A stretch of DNA of 29,712 bases. It comes from a virus (Duplodnaviria; Caudoviricetes). Each line of letters begins with the position of its first letter. Within the stretch, counting starts at the first letter, position 1. Made by a program: the position numbers and the translations under genes. Below are positions 16,569 through 26,300 of the stretch, in pieces. The stretch spans positions 1-29,712 of IMG/VR virus record IMGVR_UViG_3300009117_000049; one strand, written 5' to 3'. Under the pieces are notes generated by a model, which saw only the letters and a list, made by a program, of their open reading frames with translations, did not search any database and was not told the origin of the DNA.

Positions 16569-17870
16569 ATGTTCTATCCAAAGAAAAATGCGCTTTATCT
16601 ATACTACGGAATGGCATTATGCTTGCTGTCCGTTAATTTACAACTCCATGACAATACCAATGTAACGACCGATTCCGATCTGTCGGTCGAAATGAAGACC
16701 TATTACAGCGATTATCTCATCGATATCGCCAAACCTTTACTTATCCACGACCAGTTTGCGCAGAAACACCCTATTCCCAAGGGTGGGGGCAAGACTATCG
16801 AATTCCGCGTCAAGCATCCCTTTGCCAAAGCTCTGACGCCTCTCGCCGAAGGCGTCACCCCTAGCGGACAGAAGCTGGAATGGACCAAGCTGGAAGCTTC
16901 TATTGCACAGTATGGCGGATATGTCGAATTGTCGGATATCCTCCTGACAACGGCTATCGATAACAACCTGGTCTATGCTACAGAAAACTGCGGCGACCAG
17001 GCGGGGCGTACCCTGGACACTATCACCCGTGAGGTCTTGAACGGCGGCACATCCGTACAGTATGCCGCTGGTCAGGTAGCGGCCCGTTATCTGCTGGTCG
17101 GTGGAAACGCTACGCCTGCCAATAACCATTATATGTCGGTCGACGCTATCCGGAGGGCCGTAAGATTCCTCAAGACCATGCTGGCCAAGCCTATCGACAG
17201 CTATTATGTGGCTGTCCTCCACCCTGACGTAGCTTATGACCTGACCTCCGATGAAGCCTGGGAAAATGTCAAACAGTATGACCCTGGCGACTGGTACGAG
17301 GGCGAGATCGGCAAGATCGGCAAATGCCGTTTTGTGGAGACTACCGAAGCGAAGGTCTTTCATGCGGTTGACCTTGTCGCGGAAGATTCTACCAATCCGG
17401 CGCGCAACCTGACCGTTGCTTCTCTTACCACTAAGACATTTACTATCGATGAAGCTCTTTCCGCAGCTGAAGCTGCCATTCTTGCAGGGCGCAAGGTCAT
17501 CATCAAAGGGGTTCAGTATACCGTTGCATCCGCTGTTGCCGGTGCAGCGGGCGCGGCGACGATCACAGTATCCGAAACCGTCAGCGGTTCTCCTGCGGAT
17601 GGCGATATCATTTATCCCGGCGAAGCGGGTGCGGCCGGCCGTGATGTCTACTCTACTATCGTACTGGGTGCTGATGCTTATGGTACGACTGAGATATCCG
17701 GGCTGGGATTACAGCATATCGTCAAGCAGCTTGGTTCCGCCGGTACCTCCGACCCCTTGGACCAGCGCGCTACTTCCGGCTGGAAAGCGACCAAAGTCGC
17801 GAAACGGCTTGTTGAATCCTATATGGTCCGTATCGAGACTGCAAGCACTTTTGAAAGCGGCGCAAATTAA
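16569..17870 (+). CDS. Major capsid protein, N4-gp56 family
   Basis: PIPKGGGKTIEFR...LTPLAEGVTP...QYGGYVELSD...YVAVLHPDVAYDL...GEIGKIGKCRFVET...KQLGSAGTSDPLDQRATSGWKA; VNLQLH/DN propeptide motif. Confidence 0.92.
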   Translation: MFYPKKNALYLYYGMALCLLSVNLQLHDNTNVTTDSDLSVEMKTYYSDYLIDIAKPLLIHDQFAQKHPIPKGGGKTIEFRVKHPFAKALTPLAEGVTPSGQKLEWTKLEASIAQYGGYVELSDILLTTAIDNNLVYATENCGDQAGRTLDTITREVLNGGTSVQYAAGQVAARYLLVGGNATPANNHYMSVDAIRRAVRFLKTMLAKPIDSYYVAVLHPDVAYDLTSDEAWENVKQYDPGDWYEGEIGKIGKCRFVETTEAKVFHAVDLVAEDSTNPARNLTVASLTTKTFTIDEALSAAEAAILAGRKVIIKGVQYTVASAVAGAAGAATITVSETVSGSPADGDIIYPGEAGAAGRDVYSTIVLGADAYGTTEISGLGLQHIVKQLGSAGTSDPLDQRATSGWKATKVAKRLVESYMVRIETASTFESGAN

Positions 17871-17908
17871 TATCTGCCCTTAAATACTGAAATGGGAGGT
17901 AATAATCA

Positions 17909-18271
17909 ATGGCTAAAGATGAAAGCGTTAAAACAAAAAGCGAAGCCGAGGAGCAGGCGGAAGCAGCAAAGGGCACAAAGGACACGAAAATCAAAGCAGA
18001 GGCTGCCGCACCGGCTAAAGATTTTGACCCCAATGCCTATCTGGAGGAATATGTCGAAATCATGCTTTTCAAGGATAACGACAAATACAAGGACGACCTG
18101 TTCGTATCGGTAAACGGCCAGACCTGCCTGATCAAGCGGGGCGTGCCGGTCAGGGTCAAACGGAAGTTCGCCCAGCTGATAGACAGCAGCCAGCGGCAGG
18201 ACCTTTACGCCGCGCAGTTGGCGGAAAAATTTGCAAACGACTACCGCGAGGAATCCAGGAAACATGCCTAA
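17909..18271 (+). CDS. Conserved hypothetical virion/head-associated protein
   Basis: GGAGGT RBS; V.I.LFKDNDKYKDDLFVSVNG....IKRGVPV.V motif; directly follows the capsid gene. Confidence 0.7.
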   Translation: MAKDESVKTKSEAEEQAEAAKGTKDTKIKAEAAAPAKDFDPNAYLEEYVEIMLFKDNDKYKDDLFVSVNGQTCLIKRGVPVRVKRKFAQLIDSSQRQDLYAAQLAEKFANDYREESRKHA

Positions 18272-18281
18272 GACACGGCTT

Positions 18282-18313
18282 AGGGGATAAGGTCTTTACC
18301 TTATCCCCTTCTT
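18282..18313 (+). terminator. Terminator/attenuator after head genes
   Basis: AGGGGATAAGGT-CTTT-ACCTTATCCCCT perfect 12-bp stem followed by TCTT. Confidence 0.78.
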
Positions 18314-18333
18314 GCTATATGGGGAGGTACGGT

Positions 18334-18729
18334 ATGAAACTCAAAGAAGCAATAGAGGCCTTTGACGCCTTGCATGTCAATGCTTATACCAATGAACAGA
18401 AAACGACCTGGATAAATGACCTGGAAGCCATGATCCAGATAGAGATATTGAAGACTTACCCTGGTATAGACCCGGCAACGGGCTTGCCGCTGGAGCTTGT
18501 ACAGTACGACTATGACATCGACCAGGATACGGAACTCCTTACAAGCCCTCCTTATGACCGTCTGTACGGCATGTATCTGGCCTGTATGGTTGACTTCAAC
18601 AACAGGGAATGGATGAGCTATAACAACAATAAGAATATGTTCAATAGCACCTATATGGAATACGCCGATTTTCATAACCGAACCAATATACCGGCTCAAC
18701 CTAAGAGCATCAACAATATTTGGGGATAG
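18334..18729 (+). CDS. Head-tail adaptor protein (podovirus type)
   Basis: GGAGGT RBS before ATG 18334; helical with ELL..PPYD.LY..YL..MVDF.N.E...YNN motif; position before the nozzle gene. Confidence 0.65.
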   Translation: MKLKEAIEAFDALHVNAYTNEQKTTWINDLEAMIQIEILKTYPGIDPATGLPLELVQYDYDIDQDTELLTSPPYDRLYGMYLACMVDFNNREWMSYNNNKNMFNSTYMEYADFHNRTNIPAQPKSINNIWG

Positions 18730-18739
18730 GAGAAAGATC

Positions 18740-20278
18740 ATGAGACTTCCGGACCTTGCCGATTATACGGAGACGCAATATGCCAAAGCGGCTCAGGAGA
18801 AGAGCATCATCCAGTTTAAAGGCTATAATGTAAACCCTGTTATTTTTGACGGGGAAATGAGGGAGATGACCAACTTGTCCGGGCTGGAATATCCCTGCCT
18901 TTCTCCTCGTAAATCAAGGGCTGTGATAGTTGAGGACGCCTCCGCTTATGAAGCTTTCGGCGCCAAGGATACGGTCAAGGTCCATGTTGCGGGCGATACC
19001 TTCTATTATGACGGCGTATCTAAAGGGGCATTGGGTTCTTATGGCGCCCGGCAGCTCGTTCCTTTTCAGGACCGCGTTCTTATCTGGCCGGATAAGATGT
19101 TCTATGATGTGACCGACGATGAACTGGGCAATCTGGAGAATACGAATACGCAGATGGGGCTGGAATTTACGACGAGCACGATCAACGGAACTTTTTCGGG
19201 CCTTGCGACAGGAGATGCGGTGGAGATCTCCGGTTGCACGGAGAACGAGGATAACAATAAGACGGCTATCATTACCGAAGCTTCGGAAACGGAGCTTACC
19301 TTTGCCGATAACACATTCACGGCAGGCACAGAGACCGCCAGCGTTACTATCAAACGTGCCGTTCCGGATATGGACTATATCTGCGTGGCCAATAACCGGG
19401 TATGGGGCTGCAAAAGCAATACGATATATGGTAGTAAGCTCGGCGACGCTACGAACTGGAATTATTTCCCCGGACTTTCAACAGACAGTTACAGCTTGGA
19501 TGTGGCAAGCGACGGCGATTTCACGGGTTGCTGCGCTTTTTCCTCTTATGTGGTGTTTTTCAAGGAAAACTACATCCACAAACTGCTCGGTACGAAGCCA
19601 AGCAATTTCCAGACTACGACTATCATCGCCAGGGGTATGGGGTTAGAGGCCGGGTCCGCAAAGTCTCTTTCCATTGTCAGCGAAGTGCTTTATTACAAAG
19701 CGCAGGCCGGTATAGTGGCTTTTACGGGCGGCGTGCCGGAGCTTGTCTCCCGCTGTTTCGGTAATGATTCTTATTCTTCAGGTGTGGCCGCAAACGACGG
19801 CAGGCGGTATTTTGTATCTTTATTTGACGGAAGCGTATGGCATTTATTTGTATTTGATACTTTTACCGGCCTCTGGCACAGGGAGGACGCGACGCAGGTC
19901 GTGGACTTTGCCGTGATCGGGGGGACAGTTTATTATCTCGGCGGCGGTAAAGTTTATCAGATGGAAAGCGGCACAGAAATAGTTGCCTGGAGCGCGACGC
20001 TGGGTGAATTTACGGAATTTGCGGCTGAGAAGAAAGGCTTTTCCAAGCTGCAGCTGCGGGCGGAACTGCCGCAAGACTCCACTCTCAAGGTGGAATATAA
20101 CCCGGATGAAAAAGGCTGGATAACAGCCTATGAGGGCAGCGGGGCATATAGAAAGGCCTTTTATATCCCGATCATTCCGACGCGTTGCGATAGTTTCGTT
20201 ATCCGCTTGTCCGGCACGGGGGCGTGCAGGCTCTATCAGATGAACAGGATATTCAAATATGGGTCGGATGTGGGGTGA
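18740..20278 (+). CDS. Tail nozzle / head-stabilisation beta-propeller protein (P22 gp10 / T7 gp12-like)
   Basis: G.N......DGEMREMTNL...YPCLSPRK start; NNRVWGC...IYGSKLGD.TNW; GDFTGC.....VVFFKE; repeated beta-blades. Confidence 0.75.
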   Translation: MRLPDLADYTETQYAKAAQEKSIIQFKGYNVNPVIFDGEMREMTNLSGLEYPCLSPRKSRAVIVEDASAYEAFGAKDTVKVHVAGDTFYYDGVSKGALGSYGARQLVPFQDRVLIWPDKMFYDVTDDELGNLENTNTQMGLEFTTSTINGTFSGLATGDAVEISGCTENEDNNKTAIITEASETELTFADNTFTAGTETASVTIKRAVPDMDYICVANNRVWGCKSNTIYGSKLGDATNWNYFPGLSTDSYSLDVASDGDFTGCCAFSSYVVFFKENYIHKLLGTKPSNFQTTTIIARGMGLEAGSAKSLSIVSEVLYYKAQAGIVAFTGGVPELVSRCFGNDSYSSGVAANDGRRYFVSLFDGSVWHLFVFDTFTGLWHREDATQVVDFAVIGGTVYYLGGGKVYQMESGTEIVAWSATLGEFTEFAAEKKGFSKLQLRAELPQDSTLKVEYNPDEKGWITAYEGSGAYRKAFYIPIIPTRCDSFVIRLSGTGACRLYQMNRIFKYGSDVG

Positions 20279-20282
20279 GCAA

Positions 20283-21143
20283 ATGTCTTTACTGCTGGAT
20301 ATATCGGACAAGGCTATAGATTACGGCGATACAAAAGCCGCTTTGAAATATCTGCACAGATACATAAACAAGGTTATCGACGCGGTGAATCAGAGCCTGC
20401 TTTCGATTGACACCGGGAATATCACTGATGAATTTCAGTCGTATCTGGAAGCTCTGCAAGGCGCGGTGGTCATTACTTCCTCTCTTATTACCGAGAGCAT
20501 ATATGCCGATTACGGCGATATCGCGGAACTGACGGTCGACCGCTTATCAACCAATGCCAAAGTCGCTAAGTACAAGGCAAGCGATACCTCTGATGTTAAT
20601 TACATTCTCATAAAGGAACAAACGGCGTCATGGATAACAGCGACGGTAAAGACAGGGCCGGTTGTGGTGCAGCACAGGAACCGCAACGGCGAATTACTGT
20701 ACTGGAAAGACACCGAACAAAAAGCCATGGGGACGGAAGTCACTGCTTATCCCGTTTATGTCTATGACTACGACGAGCTTACCAAATTACAGATTACTTT
20801 CGATCTTGTCGACGGCGTATATATTCCGCGGATAACGCTGGGGGCTGGAGTGGGTAACACGGAACACCCCGAATGGGGCAAGGCCTTCATTTATAAGACT
20901 TCTGACAGGCTCATAATGGAGCATTACACCGATAGCGGGGTGCGTTCTTACATAGAGCTAACAGGTTATGTTGACGCCAAACTACGCCGCCTCTCGACCT
21001 GTACCATAGACAAGACGGCGGGTACGGTAACGGTACAGGCGGAAGGTGAGTCATCTTCCACAGTAATTGATTATACGGAAACAGGGACGAGCATGACTTT
21101 TACCTGGCCGGATAGTTTTACCACCACAGTATCGATCAGTTAG
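20283..21143 (+). CDS. Putative tail/spike-associated protein
   Basis: Follows the nozzle gene; N-terminal helix (YLHRYINKVIDAVNQSLLSIDTGNI), then beta-rich; start reassigned to ATG 20283 (GGGGTG RBS). Confidence 0.55.
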   Translation: MSLLLDISDKAIDYGDTKAALKYLHRYINKVIDAVNQSLLSIDTGNITDEFQSYLEALQGAVVITSSLITESIYADYGDIAELTVDRLSTNAKVAKYKASDTSDVNYILIKEQTASWITATVKTGPVVVQHRNRNGELLYWKDTEQKAMGTEVTAYPVYVYDYDELTKLQITFDLVDGVYIPRITLGAGVGNTEHPEWGKAFIYKTSDRLIMEHYTDSGVRSYIELTGYVDAKLRRLSTCTIDKTAGTVTVQAEGESSSTVIDYTETGTSMTFTWPDSFTTTVSIS

Positions 21144-21155
21144 GGGGTATTTGAT

Positions 21156-21293
21156 ATGGCATTAATGGACGCGGAGAGGCTGCAGATGACGGCATTGGCT
21201 TTGATGAAGTATATGATATTCAGCTCGGGTAAATGGTTTACCGCATCTCACCTGACTTTTTATACATCCGACATCGATACGTCGGAAATTTAG
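21156..21293 (+). CDS. Small hypothetical protein (45 aa); not in the ORF track
   Basis: GGGGG RBS; MALMDAERLQMTALALMKYMIFSSGKWFTASHLTFYTSDIDTSEI fills the gap between two tail genes. Confidence 0.6.
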   Translation: MALMDAERLQMTALALMKYMIFSSGKWFTASHLTFYTSDIDTSEI

Positions 21294-21303
21294 GAGGGTA
21301 CTT

Positions 21304-22035
21304 ATGGCTACGAAGATAGATTTGGACGACGCCTATGATTGCTTGTCGGTATACAATGCCTTGAATTCTCTGGGCCTTGTCACTGCGGCGGTAGGTACTC
21401 CCTCAGTTACTTCTTGTGTGTTTTCGACACCGCTTGTGCCTATTCCGCATTATTTACGTATCAGGATATATAACGCATCATATTGGGCTCCCATGGCTTG
21501 GGAGATCGGTACCGTATCCGGCACGACTTTTACCATGGCACAATCAATCTTTCCTTATAAAGTCGAGACTGTTTCCGGCACAAGAAGCGCGTTTTGCCTT
21601 TATTATGATGATTCCAAGAGCTGGATAGCCGTTCTCGACGCTCTCAGTACTACGGTAGGCACTTTTACATATCTGGGCCGTTTGAATAACGGTACCAAAA
21701 TAGGTTTCGCGGCAGCCAGTTCAACGGGCTACCCTACAAACGGGATAGTTTTTGTGGATGGGGCGAGCGTGTCATATGGAGCGATACTGCAATTTTCCAA
21801 AGCGGCGGCGAAAGGTTCATTGTACCTGGAACAGGATATCTGTGTTACGGACGCCGATAATGCTTTGGTGCTGTACGGAGCTAATCCCGCGAAGATAGTC
21901 GGTATCACAAATGTGGCCATAGTCCGCGATCCTCTTTATGTATTGAACACCGACTGGGTCCTGATAGCTCCCAGATATTATAAAGGCGGGTCGGCGGAGC
22001 TGATAACTTATCTGAAGATAGACCTGGCTTCGTAA
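21304..22035 (+). CDS. Beta-rich hypothetical protein, candidate receptor-binding tail protein
   Basis: GGAGG RBS; rich in T/S/G/aromatic residues; last gene of the tail cluster. Confidence 0.5.
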   Translation: MATKIDLDDAYDCLSVYNALNSLGLVTAAVGTPSVTSCVFSTPLVPIPHYLRIRIYNASYWAPMAWEIGTVSGTTFTMAQSIFPYKVETVSGTRSAFCLYYDDSKSWIAVLDALSTTVGTFTYLGRLNNGTKIGFAAASSTGYPTNGIVFVDGASVSYGAILQFSKAAAKGSLYLEQDICVTDADNALVLYGANPAKIVGITNVAIVRDPLYVLNTDWVLIAPRYYKGGSAELITYLKIDLAS

Positions 22036-22048
22036 GGAGGTAGAAAAA

Positions 22049-23311
22049 ATGGCAATGACTTTTGATGAATGGCTGAAAAGCAATCCCGGTTATTATGTAT
22101 CGCCGGAGGATCTTTCGCTTGCGACAAACAATGAGAACTTTGCCGATACTCTGATGAAGGCAAAAACTCAATACTATAGCGGTGGGGACAAAGTTTCAGC
22201 CAATAGCCTTTTGGAGAATGCGCGGGCCATGTATGGTAACTATACGGCGGGAGCGAGCGGTAATTCTTTCACGCCTACCAAAACCTATGCTTCACAATAT
22301 GGGGATAAGATCGATGCCCTGATAAACAGTATCACAGACCGGGAGGAGTTCTCTTATGATTATGAGGATGACCCGGCGTATCAGAGCCTTTTGCAGACAG
22401 CGCAGCGGGAAGGGTCGCGGGCTGCGGAAGATACCATGGGGAGTTATGCGGGAATGACCGGGGGCCTGCCTTCCACGGCAGCGGTATCCGCGGCGCAACA
22501 ACAGCAGAATTATCAGCTTTCAAAGGTGCAGGACGCTATACCGGCCCTTTATGAAGCGGCTTATGGCCGTTACCAGAATGAGCTGAATAACGATATCAAC
22601 ACTCTTTCGGCTGTACAGGGTGTTGATAATACGGGGTATAGCCGTTACCGCGATACGGTAGGCGATTATACAAACAATCAGCAATATCAGGACGCACTTG
22701 CCCAGCAGAATTTGGAGAACAGTATGGCCAAGGATGAAACCACATATAACCGGGTGCTTGAACTTTTGAATATGGGTCTGACAACGGGGCAGACAGCTTC
22801 TGTTCTGGGTATTTCCGAGGAACAGGCTACTCAGTATGCTAACCTTGTCAAGCAAACTCAACTGGCTTCTTTAGCTTCCAAGACTAAAAGCAGCAGCGGC
22901 GGTTCTTCTTCAATTGGAACGGATTATACCAAAGATGTGCTATACAGTGCGGCTAAAAGCATGTGGACGAAAGAGGATAATACCGCCGATGATATCCGGC
23001 AGTATCTTGAAGACAAGGGCGCTTCCGAAGAAAGGATAAAGGGCATCATGAACGCGCTGGGCATTTCGGATGAAGCGGGTGATACTAGCGGCGGAATAGA
23101 CGCGGCAACGGTAAAATACTTATTGGACAGATATAATTCAAGCTATACTACGCAGCTAAGCGAAGCAGGGAAGCTATTACGGAAGTCGGTAGTTTCTGCT
23201 CTAGGAAGCAATCCTACAAAAGACCAGGTGATAGATTGGCTTGAAAAATCTAATGCGCCTTATACCGACAAAGTATATCAAGAGGTATTAGCTTCATTCG
23301 GGATCTATTGA
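22049..23311 (+). CDS. Internal virion/ejection (pilot) protein
   Basis: FSYDYEDDPAYQ...REG.RA.EDTMG..AGMTGG..ST.A..AAQQ..N motif; rich in Q/A/S/Y; precedes the giant ejection protein. Confidence 0.65.
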   Translation: MAMTFDEWLKSNPGYYVSPEDLSLATNNENFADTLMKAKTQYYSGGDKVSANSLLENARAMYGNYTAGASGNSFTPTKTYASQYGDKIDALINSITDREEFSYDYEDDPAYQSLLQTAQREGSRAAEDTMGSYAGMTGGLPSTAAVSAAQQQQNYQLSKVQDAIPALYEAAYGRYQNELNNDINTLSAVQGVDNTGYSRYRDTVGDYTNNQQYQDALAQQNLENSMAKDETTYNRVLELLNMGLTTGQTASVLGISEEQATQYANLVKQTQLASLASKTKSSSGGSSSIGTDYTKDVLYSAAKSMWTKEDNTADDIRQYLEDKGASEERIKGIMNALGISDEAGDTSGGIDAATVKYLLDRYNSSYTTQLSEAGKLLRKSVVSALGSNPTKDQVIDWLEKSNAPYTDKVYQEVLASFGIY

Positions 23312-23328
23312 GTGTAAGGGGTGATCAC

Positions 23329-26300
23329 ATGGATTGGGAAGCGGTAAAAAAACGTAATAAATACGGGAGCAATACCCCTGTTGATATTTTGCCGGGCTTG
23401 ATATCCGTCCGGGAAGAAGAGAAAACCCCACAGCAAGAGGAAACGAAAACCCCGCAATTAGGGGCTGTTCCTTTCCGAGGGTTATCGGTTGATACAATAA
23501 AAAACAGCTTGCCTGGGATTGAAAATACAGCAGCCCAGACAGAAGAGGAAAAGACCCCTTGGAGTGATATACTCAAAAAGGCTGCAAATGTTGGCTTTGC
23601 CAACTTCAATAATTCTATGGCCGGTCTTTTGGATGCTACGAGGATTTCTAAGATACCCGGTATCAAGCAGTTTGTGGCGGCAAGCAGGGAAGTATCCGAC
23701 AGGGATATTCAGAAATATAATGAGCTGGAAAAGAGCAAGCCCCAGCAGGTTGTTGGTGATGTAGTCTCGGCAGGGACACAAATGATACCTGATGTGATAA
23801 CTATGCTTGCGACAGGCGGTACCGCGACAGTCGGCATGAAAGGTGCGCAAGTAGGAGCGCAATTGGCCCCGGTTACAGCAAAGGAAACTCCTCTGATAGC
23901 CAAAGCCTTGATCGAATATTTCAATAAGCCGGTGAGCATCGAGCGTAATGCTGTCTACTTTGGACAAGGATATGACGAAGCAAAAAAGGAAGGTGCGACA
24001 GAGAGCGAAGCTATCTCAAGAGCCCTTCTGTATGCTTTTCCGACAGCGGTTATAGAAGGGGCCGGAGGTATCGACACCCTGACCGCCAGGGTATTCAAGA
24101 AGCAGGCTGAGTCCGGCGGCAAAGCATTGCTGCAGGATATCCTTAGATCGGCTATCCAAGAAGGCGCGGAGGAAGTTGTGCAATATCCTTTCCAGGCCGC
24201 CTCTAAGTTTACTTATAAGGAGGGCATCCCTTTCTATTCCGAAGAAGGAGAAGCGGTCATCAATCCTCAGGAAATAGCTTATCAGGGGGCACTGGGAGGT
24301 ATAGCGGGCGGTGTATTCGGCGGCGGCATCAGCGGGATAAACAGGCTTATCCCCTCAAAAGGGGAAGCTGTACAGAAACAAGTAATAGAACAACCTATAT
24401 CGGAAAGTGAAGCTCCTGCGAAGCAGGTCCCCGAACCCGTGCCTGTACAGCAGCAGCCGGTACAAAACCCGAAATTTATACAGAGGCCGGAACCAGTAAA
24501 GGTCTCGGAAACCGGGCCAGTACAGCAGGAACCTGTACAAGAGCCGGTTAAACAACAGCCTGAACAAGAGCCGGAGATTATGCCCACAGTTAGTACACCT
24601 GCGGTTAAGCCAGTTGAAGGGCAAACGGTAACGGCGGCGGAAAACCAGCCGGAGAAGTTTGGCAGAAATGGCAGTAATGCCTATATACACTGGGCAGGCA
24701 ATGAATATGTAAATATTGACCTGACAGAGACTGATGATCTGAGAGTACAGACATATAACCGATTTACCCGTAAATGGTATGAAGCCGGTCGTGTCGGCCT
24801 GCCGGAAATAAGAGTGCCGCAAAATGAAGATGACATTGAGTTTCCCCCTTTCCTGCAATCTGCTTTTTACCTTGCCGGTAAAAATGATGCGGAAATTATT
24901 GCCAAAAGGCAGGCAAAGACGGATAAAGCGGGTATTAACAAACAAGAGGAAGCGGCAAAAGAAGACGTGCTTGATGTGGCTCAATACTCTGCAGGTAATA
25001 AGGCCACATGGGTAGGCGTACAGCCCGAAAACAAAGCGGCCAAAGATGTGATGAGCCTGTCCAATATTATCGGCAAGATCAGGCACGATTTTAATACGCC
25101 AGTCAGTACCGGCCATATAAGGAAGCGTAATGCAGCCGGAGTGTATATGCAAAGGCCTGAAACTATTCGCATGCGTATAGCGAACGATCTGCCGACCGTA
25201 TCGCATGAGCTGGGGCATCACCTTGATAAACGCTATGGCCTTTCTAAGGTGAGTGGGGCTGTTAAGCAGGAGCTTCTTGACAGTATGCCGCGAGGTTTTA
25301 AAAACAGTTATAAAAAAAATGAACTACCCGGCGAGGGCGTTGCGGAATTTATTCGTCAGTATCTTAGCGACAGGACAAAAGCGCAAGAAGATTTCAAATT
25401 ATTTTATCCTGTTTTCACCGGAACCCTTTCAGCGGAGGACCTAAAATTGGTCGACGATTTGGCGGATGTAATAAACAATTATCTGACTGTCGACTTATCA
25501 ATCAGCTCAGGGGCAGACATTTCCATGCCGGGGGATAAGAGAGACTTCAGGACCTTCGGGGAAAAGATAGCAGATAAGTCGGACGCTGTATATCAGGCCT
25601 TGGTGGACAGCAATCACGGTATCAGGCGTTTCACCGAATTTACCGGCGACCATAAGGCTTACATCTTGGCGGCAAACTCCGCTTATTCCGATGCCGTGGC
25701 CAGCTCCATTATCATGTATGATCTTAGAGGTATCCACGGTAATAGTGTGGGGCCTGGGTTAAAGCAAGCATTAAAAGGAATCAATACCCGCGATAAAAAG
25801 GAATTTCGGGCCTTCAATGAATATCTGGTGGTTTTGCACGGTCCGGAGCGTCTTAAAGAAGGTATGCGTGTATTCGCGGATAACAGGAAGAACAATGCCG
25901 GTTGGATGAACGGTAGGCAAGAGGAATTGGAAGTGCAATACCCTGAATTCGAAGCAGCAGCGCAGCGGGTACTTACTTTCAACAGCCAGCTTCTCCAGAC
26001 ATGGGCGGTGGATACGGGTATCGTTCCGGCTGAAAAAGCGGCCGAATGGTCTGAAAGATGGAAGCTCTATGTGCCTTTCAATAGGGATATGAGTGGCGAA
26101 ATCTATAAAAGGAGCAGAAGCATTAGGCGTAGTTATGCCAACCAGAAGAGCCCTTATAAGAAGGCGCATGGCAGCGGCCTACTTATCGTTTCGCCTGTGG
26201 AGAACATCATACGTAACTCCAATAAATTAGTTCAGGCGGCAATCAAGAATAATGTTATGCAGGAGATCACGAGAAGTGCGGCGGCTACGGAAGGCACGGG

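Noticed and set aside
18843-18877. Additional TTTTTGACG match inside the nozzle gene
   Set aside because: No -10 box 20 bp downstream, no upstream TAT.AAA box and no AGAGG; intragenic, so likely a chance match.
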